Assembly (NCBI GenBank): GCA_051294375.1 | Contig: CM119263.1 | Location: 17,404,171 to 17,468,170 of the forward strand | Direction: 5' to 3' | Length of the DNA stretch: 64,000 nt | DNA from: Paraspadella gotoi | Taxonomy: Eukaryota > Animalia > Chaetognatha | Shown: positions 46,360 to 60,627 of the stretch, piece by piece | How the letters are laid out: every line of letters begins with the position of its first letter | How positions within the stretch are numbered: the first letter of the stretch is position 1 | Made by a program: the position numbers and the translations under genes | Notes under the pieces: generated by a model | Databases searched by the model: none | Told to the model about the DNA's origin: nothing | The model's input: only the letters and a program-made list of their open reading frames with translations

Positions 46360-47226
46360 ATGATCGCTGCCCGCGCGCGTAGAACTCGCAGCCCCAGACC
46401 CAAAACCACGACGACGACGACAACGACGACGACAAAAAACAACGTTATAAAGAGGAAAAGTTCCGAATCTCCCGAAAGAAAGAACAGAAATAACGAACGT
46501 GACGAACAAAGTCGGGAAAAAAATCGGGAGCAACTTAGACGAGACTCGTTGCAACTAAATTCGCAAGAAGAGCAACCATCTGAACGAGAGGCTCCTCCAC
46601 TTAAACAGCAACCACCCCATCAACCCGATCAACCCCATCAACCCCATCACCTCACCAAACAACGCACCTCTCTCCCCGTCGCCCCTTCCTTCCTCAATCT
46701 TCCCCCGGCGCCGCTAGTTCGAGCCAAATCCGCGCCCACGACGCCGATCGACGGCGCCACGACGCCGCTTGGCCGATTGCGCGCCGCTTTGACGCCGACG
46801 TTCGGTCGAGACAAGACGCCGAAGATTTTTGAAACGACGCCGACGACGACGACGGAAACGACGACGTTTCTGACGAAGGTGACGACGATTCGACGAGAAG
46901 ACGATGGAGACGACGACGACGACGACGATGAGGACGACGACGAGGGTGCTGAAGTGACCTCGTCGCCGATCTTCGACGATTTCTGGGAATGCGACCAAAG
47001 GCGTCGCTCTGTCGGAGTAAGAAAAGGAATCCTTTGTCGACGCTTTCGTCGTCGTTTTCGTTGTCTCTTATGTATCTCGTCTTTTCATCGTCCGAATCGT
47101 CGTCAGCTCTGTCGTCGTCGTCATTTCTTCCCAATCTGTCCGTCACCCGTCAATTACGGCAACCCGATATATATCCCTCCCTCTGAATATCCGCCTCCAG
47201 AGCAATTCACAGATGTGCACGGGTAA
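46360..47226 (+). CDS. Possible large exon of a disordered protein (Thr tracts, PHQ repeats, RAKSAP motif, acidic tract); 3' frame uncertain
   Basis: 288-codon ORF in a CpG-rich island like the confirmed exons; no recognisable domain; the copy at 61763-62640 is heavily frameshifted. Confidence 0.4.
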   Translation: MIAARARRTRSPRPKTTTTTTTTTTKNNVIKRKSSESPERKNRNNERDEQSREKNREQLRRDSLQLNSQEEQPSEREAPPLKQQPPHQPDQPHQPHHLTKQRTSLPVAPSFLNLPPAPLVRAKSAPTTPIDGATTPLGRLRAALTPTFGRDKTPKIFETTPTTTTETTTFLTKVTTIRREDDGDDDDDDDEDDDEGAEVTSSPIFDDFWECDQRRRSVGVRKGILCRRFRRRFRCLLCISSFHRPNRRQLCRRRHFFPICPSPVNYGNPIYIPPSEYPPPEQFTDVHG

Positions 47227-49016
47227 AACTCGTCGTGCGCAAACCAACTCTGAACAACTTGTATTTTAGCTGTTTACAGGACCGTTAATTTTTGCTCTAT
47301 CTTTCTGAATGTGTTTCGTTCAGCCAACAAACAGCGCGTTACCGACTTAGGGCTTCTGCGCATGGCGCGAACATTGATTGACATGTTTTTACATTTCGCG
47401 GCTTTTTTCTTCAAATCAAGAGACAAAAACAGAAAAGAAGAAAGACATTTCTTCTGCGCATCGATCATGATGTTATTCTCTTCTCTCTTCTTTTTGTGTT
47501 CCCTTCTTTTTTTTAATTTTACGTTTCCGTCGGAATTCTCGAATGAACGCACTCGTTCATTTACTCGATTATTGATTTGTTCATTCAATCTTTAATACAT
47601 TCATTCGCTAATTTATCATTTCAACTATTCCTTTTTTTTTATTTTTCCATTCATTCCTTTCTACATACAATTCATTCATTCGTTTGTCCGTTCAACCCCG
47701 ACATTCATCCATCTTAGAATAACACGTTCATAGATTCATTGTACTTTTTGTCTGGACATCAATGCGAATTTTTTTAAAATTCTAAAAGAAAAAAAAAGAA
47801 TTTCTTTTAATTTCACTCGTTTTCTCCGTCATCGTNNNNNNNNNNNNNNNNNNNNNNNNNNNNNNNNNNNNNNNNNNNNNNNNNNNNNNNNNNNNNNNNN
47901 NNNNNNNNNNNNNNNNNNNNNNNNNNNNNNNNNNNNNNNNNNNNNNNNNNNNNNNNNNNNNNNNNNNNNNNNNNNNNNNNNNNNNNNNNNNNNNNNNNNN
48001 NNNNNNNNNNNNNNCTTCTCTCTCTCTCTCTCTCCTCTCTCTCTGCTCTCTCTCTCTCTCTCTCTCTTTTTGTTTTTTCGTTTTCGTCTCCCTCTCTGAT
48101 CTTTCTATTTCTCAATCTTAATCACATCGTTTGTTTCTGTTTTTATTTCTATATATTCACTGTTCATTCTCGGCCTATTCTTTCTTTGGATCTTTTTCTC
48201 ATTTCTTCTTTCCTCTTCTAATCGAAATTGTCACATGATTTCCCGTAATATCGCATGTTCACTGTCACAACATCCCCTCGCTTATAGTTTGTATTAACGG
48301 AATAAAAAATATTTAATAATCTCTCTCTCTCTCTCTTTCTCACTCGCTCTGTCTCTCCCTTTCTTATACCATAGGTTTGCCCTTTACTACAAAGTCGTAA
48401 GTCGATTGCGGAAAACCGAAATTTGCAAAAATGTAAACAATAACAATAAGATAAACATTATTTATTATAAAAAGGAATTGCGGAACAAGTACTTTATTTT
48501 GAAGAAGCATTGTGAAAGAATTGAATTTTTGCATGATTTATGAACCCACAAACGTTAAAGTTTAAATAAAGAGTTGATTTAACAAAAATATATTCGACGA
48601 ATTAAATCTCTCAGGCTATTCATAAAAAAGTTTACAACCACACCGTCGGCAGCCATGTTACGAAATTAATTTTGATCGCGAGGAATTTAATTTTGTAGCA
48701 AATGAAGAGGAAAGAAACCCAGTTACTTTATTTTATAAAATTAATCGAGCGTCACGCGGTATTTCCACGACGCACTCGTTCACGCTTTCGTCAGTGACGT
48801 TTGGAACTAAATTAATTTTTTACCACTGAGAGATTAAAGAAAAGTGTCTCATTTTCATGCACCGATCTTGCACAGACTAATTTTTTAAAGGCACATATAT
48901 ACATATACGACCTTCAACTGAGATTTTCCATCTCATCGATTAACATTGACTGCTTTTCTCCGCCCCCATCCCAACGCCTCTCTTCTTCCCCAACGCCCCA
49001 TCTCCCGCGCCCCAAG

Positions 49017-49149
49017 GAGGAAGACGACGTCATTCCCTACCGTCACGCCGGACAAAACGGCCGCGTGCCCCGCGGGTTGGGCGGCCCGCCCCCCTTCGCG
49101 GGCTCGGGGGGTCACCCGACCGGAAACGGGGGCATCGGGACTGGAAACG
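49017..49149 (+). CDS. Probable internal exon EEDDVIPYRHAGQNGRVPRGLGGPPPFAGSGGHPTGNGGIGTGN
   Basis: AAG acceptor after a pyrimidine-rich tract, G|GTGAGC donor, open frame; the phase-0 start is compatible with the 43722 donor. Confidence 0.4.
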
Positions 49150-49449
49150 GTGAGCCCAAGGGGCGATGGTGGGGAGGGGGAGAGAAGGGGAAGAGGGGGG
49201 CGGTTTCGATTAGATTGATATCAATTATTATCAACGATTTCTTGTTAATTTTGTTTCAATAATAATGATTTTATCGTCAAACGAAAGATTCGCTAACAAA
49301 ATTAACGACGATGGCGCTGACGATAATCATCTCGTCAATTACGACGACATTGACGAAGATGCAGGCGACGACGCTTCGCTAACAATGGCAAGGTTCCGGG
49401 ACTCTCTCTCTCTTTCTCTCGCTCTCTCTCTTCTCCTCTCTCTCTCTCT

Positions 49450-49480
<31 letters not shown>

Positions 49481-49603
49481 TCTCTCTCGCTCCTCTCTCT
49501 CTGTATCTCTCTCTCTCTCTCAAACAACGGAAGTGTCCTTAACGTCGCCGAGTTGAATAGGAGTTTAAATTTTTAATTCCTCTCTCCTCTCTCACTCTCA
49601 TCT

Positions 49604-49637
<34 letters not shown>

Positions 49638-49644
49638 TCTTTCT

Positions 49645-49684
<40 letters not shown>

Positions 49685-50344
49685 AGGGGGTCGTTCACCT
49701 ATCGCGATTCGTGACAATAAAGATTCTTTGATTGATTAATATTTTTCTTTAATATTCTGCGCCTTTTCTTACAAACTTTCACTCCTCTCTCGACACCAAT
49801 GAAGCAATGAAGCCTTTTCCAGATCACAATTCACAATAGCCTGCAAGTCAGTAACAGACGCGATTGAATCTATTGCCTGACGCCTGATGAGAAATAACGA
49901 CGACAACGACAACGACGACGACAACGACGACGACGCGGCCATCGACGACGACGACGACACAAGGCTTCCTGTCGCGGGGTTATTGCCCTTCCGTTTAAAC
50001 GGTGTCTCCTTTATTCGATCTAACAACGACAACAACGAATAACAACAAAAAATAACAACAACAAAGAGAGGGAATTGCGTCGCAACTCAAACAACAGTGT
50101 GTTTTCTGATAGAAGGACGACAACAACAAAGAGCAACAACCAAGTTAACGAAAATAATCAAAATGACGTCCAAGTTTTCCTCAGAAAAACAAACCGTGAC
50201 AACCATAACGAAGACCAAAACATCAGCCTGTTGGAGAAGTGAACCGAAAAAAAATGTCCGTGACGATTTCGGGTTTAAGGACAAAGGAATTTCGGGAGAA
50301 AAGTAGCAGGACTAGTCTATGACTCAGGGTGATGTCGTTATAAT

Positions 50345-50483
50345 CCAAATTCATCCAGCTGACCAATATTTCAGTTGACAAAATATGCAAGTTGATTAAT
50401 TATGCAAGTTGATCGAATTATGCAAAATTACCAAATTATTCCAGCTGACCAAATTATGTCAGTTGACCAAATTATGCCAGTTG
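50345..50483. repeat. Shorter array of the same 18-bp minisatellite
   Basis: Same unit; the array end and flank (to 50645) duplicate 52080-52395. Confidence 0.85.
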
Positions 50484-51096
50484 GTAGTGGCGCAGCTACT
50501 GGTTACGATTGATAGATGATTTGAATATATCATTTTTTCAATAGTTTATTAAGAAGTCTGTTATGATTGTTATGTTATAGATTTATGATCTTTAGATCAA
50601 AAATTGAAAATCAATTTTTGTTTCTATTTTGTTTTTTGGTTTCTGNNNNNNNNNNNNNNNNNNNNNNNNNAAAAAAAATTAATCGACACCTTACATTAAA
50701 GGCAGTCATTTTTTAAAACATAAATCGTATATATTTTAATGTTCATTATTATGTTTCCGTTTTAACGTTTCGCCTCACTGTCGTCAGGCGACGGAGATTC
50801 GAGAGAATTTTATTAACTCGAGCCCTAAATCGGCGCCGCTGAACCGGCGATGGAACCGGCCTCGTTTTAACGGGAGTTTTCCAGAGCGCGCTTTCCCGAT
50901 CGCGAAATTGACGTCATTTCCGAGCGACGTTATTTTTAGGGGCGTAATTTTGAAGGGAGCGTCTATTTATAGGGGTCACTGCCGGCGGCGGAGGCCGGCG
51001 AGGCGGCATCGGCTTCGCAGCTGCGTCTTCCTCGAATAGAAACTCATTTCCGTCCACAAAAAAAAAGAGGCAACTAAAGTGTTTCTTACATATTTT

Positions 51097-51620
51097 GTTT
51101 TCAAGTCGGATCTGCTTATCAGCAGAGTTCGACTCTATAATTCACTTTGTCGGTCCGTCGGTCCCAATCTCAAAATCTGTCGTAATAAAATTTTTATTCA
51201 TATCAAACATCGAGTTAATGATAAGTTATGGCAAAAAAAAATGATGTCCGTCTGTCTGTCCGTCCGTTCGTCCCCCTTAGCATCAAATCCAATAACTCGT
51301 TGATTGGATGGATGGTTCGAATGAAATATTTTTGAAGTGGGTAAGAAAAGTGTAGATGAACTGGATATAAGTTTCGATGGATCGTGCGAGTGGAAATGAG
51401 TTTAAATGAAAAATAAAAGTCTTATTTAATTTAAAAATATTTACTATAACTTATTCTATTTTTAAAAATTGGATAGATAAATGAAATTTTGTATGTGGAT
51501 AGGAAGTATGTGATGAGCTGGATATTATTTTTGATGAATCGTAGGAGTGGAAAAGGAGTTTCATATAGAAAATCAAAAGACACTTTATTGAATTTTTAAA
51601 TTTCTCTCTGTATCACTCTC
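51097..51620 (+). mobile_element. Helentron-associated / DINE-1-like non-autonomous element (probable)
   Basis: Subterminal hairpin AGTCGGATCTGC-TTATCA-GCAGAGTTCGACT followed by CTATAA and GTCC/GTCG/GTCT microsatellite blocks, then an internally duplicated ~160-bp AT-rich unit (51290-51450 vs 51450-51610). The 5' end is repeated at 60565-60602. Confidence 0.5.
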
Positions 51621-51685
51621 TGATGATTGATTGATGGATTGATTAATTTATTGATTGATTAATTGATTGATTGATGATTGATTGA

Positions 51686-52230
51686 TTGACAAAATTATGC
51701 CAGTTGACAAAATTATGTCAGTTGACCAAATTATTATAAGTGACCAAATTCTGCAAGTTGACCAAATTTTGGCCAAGTGTTAAAATTATGCCAGTTGACG
51801 CAAATTATGCCTGTTGACCAAATTATTCCAACTGGACAAATTATTCTCGCAGAACCAATATTATGTCAGTTGACCAAATTATGCAGTTGCACCAAATAAT
51901 GGCAGTTGATTAATTATGAAAGTTGATAAAATTTATGCAAAATACCAAATTATGGCAAGTTGAACCAAATTATGCTAGTTGAACAAATTATCCATTGACC
52001 AATATAATGCAAGTTGATGAAATTATTCAAATTGATCCAAAATTATAAAAAATTGGGCCAAAATATACAAGTTGAGCCCAAATTATGCCAGCTGACCAAT
52101 ATGTCAGTTGACAAAATATGCCAAGTTGATTAAATTATGCAAGTTGATCGAATTATGCAAAATTACCAAAATATGACCAAATTATGCCAGCTGACCAAAT
52201 TATGTCAGTTGACCAAATTATGCCAGTTGG
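51686..52230. repeat. 18-bp minisatellite, consensus TGACCAAATTATGCCAGT
   Basis: Roughly 30 degenerate head-to-tail units with no spacers. Confidence 0.9.
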
Positions 52231-55200
52231 TAGTGGCGCAGCTACTGGTTACGATTGATAGATGATTTGATATATACATTTTTTCAATAGTTTATTAAGA
52301 AGTCTGTTATGATTGTTATGTTATGATTTGTATGATCTGTTGAGATCAAAAATTGAAAATCATTTTTGTTTCATATTTTGTTTTTTGGTTTCTGTTCTTC
52401 TCTATTATTTCTTGTTTTCTTTTTCCTTTAGAAGATATGACTCTCGCTTCCGCGATGTTTTCTTTCCTTTCTTAGATTAGTCCCTTTTAAATTTAATTTC
52501 GGTTTTTTCCTTTTGTCTAAAGTCTTCCTTTCCTTTTACTTCGCATCCTCCTTTTTCCTTTTTCTTCTTTTTCACTTATCTTGCATCTTTCCGTTTTTTA
52601 TTTTCCTTTTTTTGAAGTTTTTTCTTTCCTTTCTTTATCCCTTTCTTCTTTTCGGTCTCTTACCGAAAATTGATGAAATTCATCAAAGAAAAAAGAAGCT
52701 TATCTTCTTTCCATAGAGATATTCAATTTTCTCAAGGATTTTTGCCGCCTAAAAATGGCGGCGCCATGTTTTCGCGCGTATGGGGAGCAGTGAACAGTTT
52801 ATAACTTTTTGTGGAGAGAAAAACTTTAAAAAAAAAATAAGGAAAAGAGACAAAAATGCGAAAATAAAAACGAAATTCTTTGAAAAAGAAAACTTGAAAA
52901 AGATTAGAAAGAAAAAGTTTTTCTTAGAAAGTAAAGCCACCTCGAATACGTAATAAGAAGAGAAAAATATAAGTTACATGAGAATCGCAGAAAATATAAA
53001 AAAAGGAGCCGGAAGCATTAAGTTATATTTAAGAAAACGATGGTTTCACAATGATATCAGAAATCTATAAGATTTTTCACTTTCGATCAGTTCTCATAAC
53101 GCTTAAAATATTAAATTATTTCAGCAAAGGAGAATATTTTTTTGAAATTTTAGCGCCAACTAACGTCACGCCCCGCGGTTTTAGTTTTCTGCCCCAAATT
53201 CTTTTTTGTCCCTAAAAAAATGCGTAAACTCGCGTCACAAGGCCATCCGGCAAAAAGCCTCCTAGCGATGAATAAAAACTTCCCATCTGCAAGACTCATA
53301 CGAGAAAACTTCAACCAGATGGGTTGCTAATTTTTTGTTCTAAACGACAAGCGTAAAAGTTTCGTCCGATTTTCCGATTTCGAATTTCAACTTTGCGTCG
53401 TTTTGCCGACGTCTTCACGCCTTGTTTAATGCTCAATGTTCTTTCTTTTTTTGGTTTTTCTTTCTTTCTTTCTTCTTCTTGTTTCTTTCTTTCTTTCTTT
53501 CTTTCTTCTTCTTTCTTTCTTTCTTTCTTTCTTTCTTTTCTTCCTTTCTTTCCTTCTTCTTTCCCTTCTTTTCCTACCCGGTCCATTTTTATTTTCGCTA
53601 GGCTGAAATACCCGGCGGACGGGCAACCCCCTACAAAAACCTTTCTTCTGTTTTCTGTCTGTCTGTCTTTGTCTCGCTGTTCACTTTCACACTTTGTCTC
53701 CCTACTCTCGTTGTGTGAACACCAAAACTCTTTCTTCGGCGGGTTTAGGAGCGCCGATTTAAAAGGGAAGAGAGGGGGCGGAAAAGAACGGAATTGTTTT
53801 CTGTCTATTTTTTTAAAAAAGTTTTTCGAGAGCGGTATCTCTCGGATAGGCGGCGTGAGCGGGCGGAAGCGGCCGTGTGTAGGCGGCCAGAGCACGGAGA
53901 GAGGAAGAGGAGTTCGTTTGCTGGTTGTATTGCTAACATGTGATAACTCGGAAGATTACATCTCAAGTTAGGATATCAAGGGTATTGCGAGAGAGAGATG
54001 AGGTGAGGAAGAATCAGGGCTTCGTGACGGATTTGTAAAAGTATAAACACAGAGAGTTAGAGCGCACAGCGAGAGGAGAAGAGGAGTGAGAGAAGAGAGA
54101 GGGGACATATAGCACGACAGAAAGTAGAAAGAGGAGAGGATACAAGAAATAGTGTGGTTGGTTGTTATAGTGAGAGTGAAAACGAGGGCGAGGACAAGGC
54201 ACATGAGAGAAGAAAAGGACGTTTGATGGATAAGTGTATTAAGTAAATGGAGAAGAGGAGTGAGAGGGAGAAAATGAGAGAGGCGCGAGATATAACGAGA
54301 GAGAAGATTTCATTTGCATGGCACATTGCGAGCAAGAAAAATTAGTGGATAAATGCGGCGCTTATTAACAAAGAGAGAATATATAAATCTTGACAGGATA
54401 GATAAGTTGTGAAGTATATGAGCATCAAGATAAAAACGTTGACGTGGAAGTTTAGGACCGTTAAAAATATATTTTTATGTATATGGTTGCTACTGTAAAC
54501 GAGATAATTCCTCGGGTTTTTGTGTAGCGAGCTCTCTTTAGATCTTTATTGGACTATAAATATATTTTTATCTCTTTTTTAGCATCTGGAGAAACAGGAA
54601 AGCGTGCTCTTTTAAGAACTCTAGTGTGTTCTCGTCTTTCAGATATAGTTTTGATGAATATCTCTTTGGAAATGCGTCTTGCTCGAGACCAAGTTCGTGT
54701 TATTTTAAACGCGTATCGTTTATGTACGTGTATTGTTAACTTATAGATAAAAGGATTCTTGAAAGTGTTTCTCAGAAGAGTGTAAGATTATGTGGGTATA
54801 TATTCTTTTTGTCAAGCATTTGCGACAAAAACGTCTCTCTCTATGCGGAGTTGTGTTGCTTTAATGTGAAGTTTTTAATTTCGTCTTGTTGATGTGTACA
54901 GAGTGTCGGAAGAGAGAAGAGAAAAGGAGAGGTGCAGATTTTTCTTGTAGTATTTCCAAGTGCTAGAGCCAAGCGAACTTTATCTCTCCACTCACGTCGC
55001 TGATATATGCTGTATAGATCGCGCGCGGCAAACAAGAAACGAAAAGTGCTTCTTTATCAAGCTTAATGTGTGTGGTTTCATACAAATTCTGGAAAGCGAT
55101 TCTCGAAGCTTTGTTAAGTGCCTAAAAGTGGAGGAAAGGAGAAATCGTTGGTCTCCCCGATTCGTCGCTTAATTCGCACTTTTGTCTTTTGAGTTTTCTG

Positions 55201-58200
55201 GATTTATTTTTTCCATCAGGAAAGCGCAGAAACCGGCTTGGAGAGAGTGGTTTAGTTAGAGAAAGCTACATAAAATAGAATGAGAATATCGGTGCAGGAA
55301 ATTTGACTTTGTTGTTTTGATAAAAAGAATTATTGTAAGATAAACTGGTACATCTCAAACACACTCGAGATTTTAAGCAACCTCTTATCCGCTCGGTTAA
55401 ATATTAGTGAAGTATAAGTAAATGCTAATATAAGAGACGGGTTTAAGCGAATTATTTCGATATTTGTCCTGCTTAATATGTGTTCTTTGACACAAAATAA
55501 TGCCGTGTTTTCGCGGTTTTGGTACTTTTTTTTTGTGAAATATTTTCGTTTCTCTACTTTTTGTACACTGTGGCCGAGAGGACAAGTTAACAGTTTTATG
55601 ACATATATAGTGTATATTAAAGTTTAGTTTTTGTGTCTAATATCCTTCTCTCATAAGATATAAAGAAAGATTAATAGTTACGTTTACTACGCGTTTTATC
55701 CATTATCTCTCAGGAATTTGTTATTCCTCACGCTTTTTATTAAAACTTTATTTAACTTCTTAGAAAGAGAGGTCGAGCGAATCAATTCCTGCTCTCTCCC
55801 GCGGTCCGCTGCTTCCTTGTTTAGACTCTTTACCGATATATCGAAAACAAACGTTCGTGCCACGTTTTATTTCTTTTATACGTTTTCATTCCTCTACGTG
55901 TAATTTCTTATTTCTTCTTTTTTATCATGCGAAAAATTATAAATCCGTATTAGAAGGAACATTTAGACCCTCTGTTTTCTGCTTCATTTTTCAAATGTTT
56001 CATGTTATCCTTACAGAGAAAAAAGTCCTTTTCTGGTGTATTTAACCGTGTTTTTCGTATCTACTTGAAGTGACCGAGCAAGAGCTATAACTATAAACAT
56101 TAAAAGAGGAGAAAAATGAAAACCTGAGAAAGAAGATATATGGTATGTTTATCTTAGTCACACAAACTGACATATGGAGCTAGAAGAGATTCGGCGGATT
56201 AATATTCCTGTTATGATTGTGCTCAAGCCCAGATAATTTAATAACTGATCCTGCACACGCAGGAGCCATATGTTAACATGACCTAAATCTGTAGTGTACT
56301 GTTAATTTCGCAGAAGTAATGTGTAACCGATTTTAGTGTCCTCCTCTTTCTTTTTCTCTTCGGAGAAAATATTAGACTCGCTTACGTTCTCCCGGTGTCT
56401 CTTAGCTGAAAATTTTATGTGATTATTGACTCTCTTTTCTGTGGTGACTCGCATTTTGCCGTTGGCCAGTATCCTTTTACAAGCGATCGAATGCAGCCGG
56501 ATTCTCAACCGCGAAACTTTCCAGTTTTCATCTTTTTCTCAATATCCTTTTTTTTCCTTTTCCCAAATCCTGATTTCGTAGCTTTTTAGGCTTTCTCTTT
56601 CCTTTTCTGTTCTTTTCTTTTTCTTTCCTTTTGCTTTCTTTCTTTCTTTCTTTTCTTTACTTCTTTTCTTTCTTTCTTTCTTTTCTTCTTCTTTCTTTCT
56701 TTCTTTCTTTCTTTCTTCTTTCTTTTTCTTTCTTTTCTTTATTCGGGAAAAAGCGTATTCTTCTCGTTTGTTTTTTACTCCACCGTTGTAGTTAGTCTCT
56801 TCATTCTCGGTACCAGAATTCATCTGTGCCCCTCCTGCGCGCTTGTAATTTTCATACGTTTTCCTCTAATCTTGATCTCTCCTCTCTGATCGCTTCTTTA
56901 GACTTTCTAGACGTAATTAGCAGCCTCGTCAAATCTCCTCATACTCAGGGTCCGTTTTTTTTAGTATTTTTTACACTTTCGCGGATAACCACCAACATGC
57001 CTCTCACACCCTCCTCTCGCGCCGGCTCCTCTCTCTCTTTACTCCTAAGAATTTTTATTTTTTTTTTACATTGAAAAGAAAATTGTTTTCTGAGTTATCT
57101 CTTAAATTTTTGTATATTTTATTTTTTTTTAAGAGTTCATATTTCTTCTTCCTACAGAAAGAAAAAAGTCGTTTGTCTTGTGCCTCGCTAGTTAAGTTTT
57201 AATCCACTAATCCTCATTGAGGAGGACGAGAGGAAATCTTCTTTCATGTGTGAAAAGCTTAGCCAGTGTTCAGAGAAATAAATTTTAATTTGAGGAATGT
57301 AAAAGAAATTGCCCCCAAACTGGAAAGAGAGAGAAGTGGAGACAACAAAAATAAAAGAGAGGAAATTTTGTTGTTGTTATTGAAAGAGAGAGAGAGAGGA
57401 AAGAGAGAGAGAGAGAAAAAGAAGCCATATAAGAAATTTTTTGTACATTGAAAAAATTATAATCCCTATTAACAAAATATATAGTTGAAAAAACTCAGAT
57501 AACGACTATGATATTTTTGACTTCCAAATAATCAATAATAATATCGCGTTATCGCGTTATTTAGGTCATGTTCTTGACATTGGTTTACTTCGTTTTCTTC
57601 GCAACGGCCACGAAAATCCAGGTAAAGAGAAAAAAAGCGCGGAATAAAATGGTATAATAAAAGTTTTTAGAAAGGAAAAAAAAATAATCAGAGAGAGACA
57701 GAGAGAGAGAGAAATAAAAGAAAAACCGTATGGAGAAAGCGATGGCCTTTTTATTCGCGTATAATTGTTTAGTTCGTTTAGATTGATAGAATCATTTGTT
57801 TCGTTTGAATATCTGAATTTACTCTTCCCCGCGATCAGCTGTTGCGAGAGGCTAACGAAACGAGCGTGTTTCAGTTTTATCTTCACAATCTTTTACTCTC
57901 AATTCAAACACGTGTGTAAAAATGAAAAAGGAAAATACTTTTAAAATAATGTTTTTGTGCTATAAAAGCTGCCAATGTTTTATTCTCTATTCTGGAACCC
58001 AAATGAAGGTTAGTTTACATTGGATTTTATATTGAATTGTACTTAGGTTTATATATGTTACTTATAAGTTTAAGGTTTAAAGGTTATACTAATTAGCATG
58101 TCTATTTTTTGTAGTTTTAACTTGCCTCACACTTGCCTCTCCTTGAACACCACACCTCTCCTTCTTGCCTACCTGTCCTTCTACATTGCTATACCATGAA

Positions 58201-58954
58201 TATTTGTACCTGAGATTGGAAATTGTATTATCTCAAAATGTGGTTACTATTTCTGCTTTATTACATGGTTCTAAGAATACAAGGTTATAGTTAAGGTGTT
58301 TTACATTTTAGAACTGTTTGGTTTTCCAAAGATACTTATTTGAGAGCAGTTGAACACGGATTGAATTCAATAATTAATTAGGGCACGAATTAGGGCACTC
58401 TAGAAGAATAGAGATGAAACTTAGATTTGTTTATACTTGCGATAATCTCGGATTATCTAGGTCCGCGCGTTAAGAAGCGCTTCAGTTTTAAAACTTCAAC
58501 ATTTCTGAGTGCCAGTATGTGGCTTCAATTTTCCTGTGCCTCATTTAATTTACTTGGTTATTACCAAGCTTCGGTTTTATGATTAAGCTTTAAGCTTACT
58601 GATGTTGTTGCTTTATTGTTCTTCAACCCCAGTAGTCTCCACTATTACTACAACGAGGGTAAAAAATTAAAACGTGGGGATATATTAAAATCATTATTGA
58701 GGTCTTACTTTCATTTGAGATTGGCAATAAATAACAAAAATTTCGAATTAGACGTCGTGATTAATGGAGTTTTCGTCATGTGTTGAACTCGACCGAAATT
58801 GTAAAATTTGCTAAATTTGCTTCCTCTGTAAAAATCACGTATTGCATTTAATTTGTTTGAATATGTACTAAAAGAGTGATGCCGGAATGATTGAGAAGCC
58901 TTCATCAACACAAAAAAAATTTAATATTAAAAGATTTCTGTAATATTTACTTTT

Positions 58955-59350
58955 TGGGTTGGGTCGGTCAGTCTGCATATCCGTCCGTGGTCTGTCCCCC
59001 TAAAATTTTTAAATGGCACATAACTCGGGTTAATATCAAATAAACTTAGTTCATATTTGGTGGGAGGTTTAAGTCACCATAAGACCTTTAAATGTTTCAT
59101 ATGCATCATACTTGAGTTACGTGATCACTTAATAAACTAAATCATTTTAATTGTTGGACATAAACTTTTTTGTCAAATGTTGGATTGTAAAACAAACTTA
59201 TTTCGTTCGTGATTAATCAATAAAACCTTACTTATGATTATGATTAATTATCATTAATCATTGTTTGTTATCTTGTATTATCATTTTCTTCTCATACAGA
59301 TCACGTGATACAATAACTGATTAGACGGTAACGGTTTTTTTTTATTTATA
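58955..59350 (+). mobile_element. Degenerate DINE-1/HINE-like element (possible)
   Basis: GTCGGTCAGTCTG..TCCGTCCGT..TCTGTCCCCC followed by ATAACTC...ATATTTGGTG, the same layout as 51245-51340; lies in noisy sequence. Confidence 0.3.
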
Positions 59351-59716
59351 TCATATTTTTAAGTTTGTTTACTATAAGCCTTTCTAATGATTTATGAGAC
59401 TTTTTTCAAGTAAAGCAAATGTTTCTGTCCAATGAATTTATTATAGAGACAGCAAAAATCTTGATTTACTCTTATAAAATAATTCAGACAGAAGGGCCCT
59501 GAACGTATAAACATTTTTAAGTACAAAAATAAACAATTGGACCAATATCTTTTTCACGACAATAAAAATAAAAAAATGAAATTATTTGAAGTTCAACGAG
59601 TTTTATTATTAAGACATGTTTTGCCCTTTAATGTTAAAGCCGTCATCAGCTTAAAAAAAAAAAAAGAATTTAAATTTTGATAATGGAAATAAAATGAAAG
59701 GAAAACAAACAAGAAT

Positions 59717-60602
59717 TCTTCTCTATTATTTTCTTGTTTTCTTTTTCCTTTAGAAGATATGACTCTCGCTTCCGCGATGTTTTCCTTTCCTTCTCTTAGA
59801 CTTAGTTCCCCTTTTAAATTTAATTTTCGGTTTTTCTTTTGTCTAAAGTCTCCTTTCCTTTTTACTTCGCATCCTTCCTTTTTTTTCCTTTTTTCTTGTT
59901 TTTCACTTATCTTGCATCTTTCCATTTTTTTATTTTCCTTTTTTTGAAGTTTTTTCTTTCCTCTTTCTTATCCCTTTCTTCTTTTCGGTCTCTTACCGAA
60001 AAATTGATGAAATTCATCAAAGAAAGAAGCTTATCTTCTTTTCCATAGAGATATTCAATTTTCTCAAGGATTTTTTGCCGCCTAAAAATGGCGGCGCCAT
60101 GTTTTCGCGCGTATGGGAGCAGTGAACAGTTTATAACTTTTTGTGGCAGAGAAAAACTTTAAAAAAAAAATAAGGAAANNNNNNNNNNAAACATAAATCG
60201 TATATATTTTAATGTTCATTATTATGTTTCCGTTTTACGTTTCGCTTCAACTGTCGTCAGGCGACGGAGATTCGATGAGAATTTATTAACTCGAGCCCTA
60301 AATCGGCGCCGCTCGAACCGGCGATGGAACCGGCCTCGTTTTAACGGGAGTTTCAGCGTCGCTTCCGATCGCGAAATTGACGTCATTTCCGAGCGACGTT
60401 ATTTTTTAGGGGCGTAATTTTGAAGGGAGCGTCATTTATGAGGGTGTCACTGCGGCGGCGGAGGCGGCGGAGGCGGCATCGCTTCGCAGCTGCGTCTTCC
60501 TCGAATAGAAACTCATTTCCGTCCACAAAAAAAAAGAGCAACTAAAGTGTTTTACATATTTTGTTTTCAGTCGGATCTGCTTATCAGCAGATTCCGACTC
60601 TA
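59717..60602 (+). repeat. Duplicates of 52396-52845 (59717-60178) and 50716-51138 (60189-60602)
   Basis: Colinear blocks separated by a 10-N gap, in an order different from the first occurrence. Confidence 0.85.
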
Positions 60603-60627
60603 NNNNNNNNNNNNNNNNNNNNNNNNN

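Noticed and set aside
51686-52230. Regular repeat array as a CRISPR-like locus
   Set aside because: Units are contiguous and degenerate with no unique spacers, no cas genes, and a eukaryotic context; it is a minisatellite.
52900-59700. Long unique region as possible foreign or viral DNA
   Set aside because: No long or recognisable ORFs; the texture resembles unpolished single-read sequence with garbled microsatellites, so nothing can be supported.
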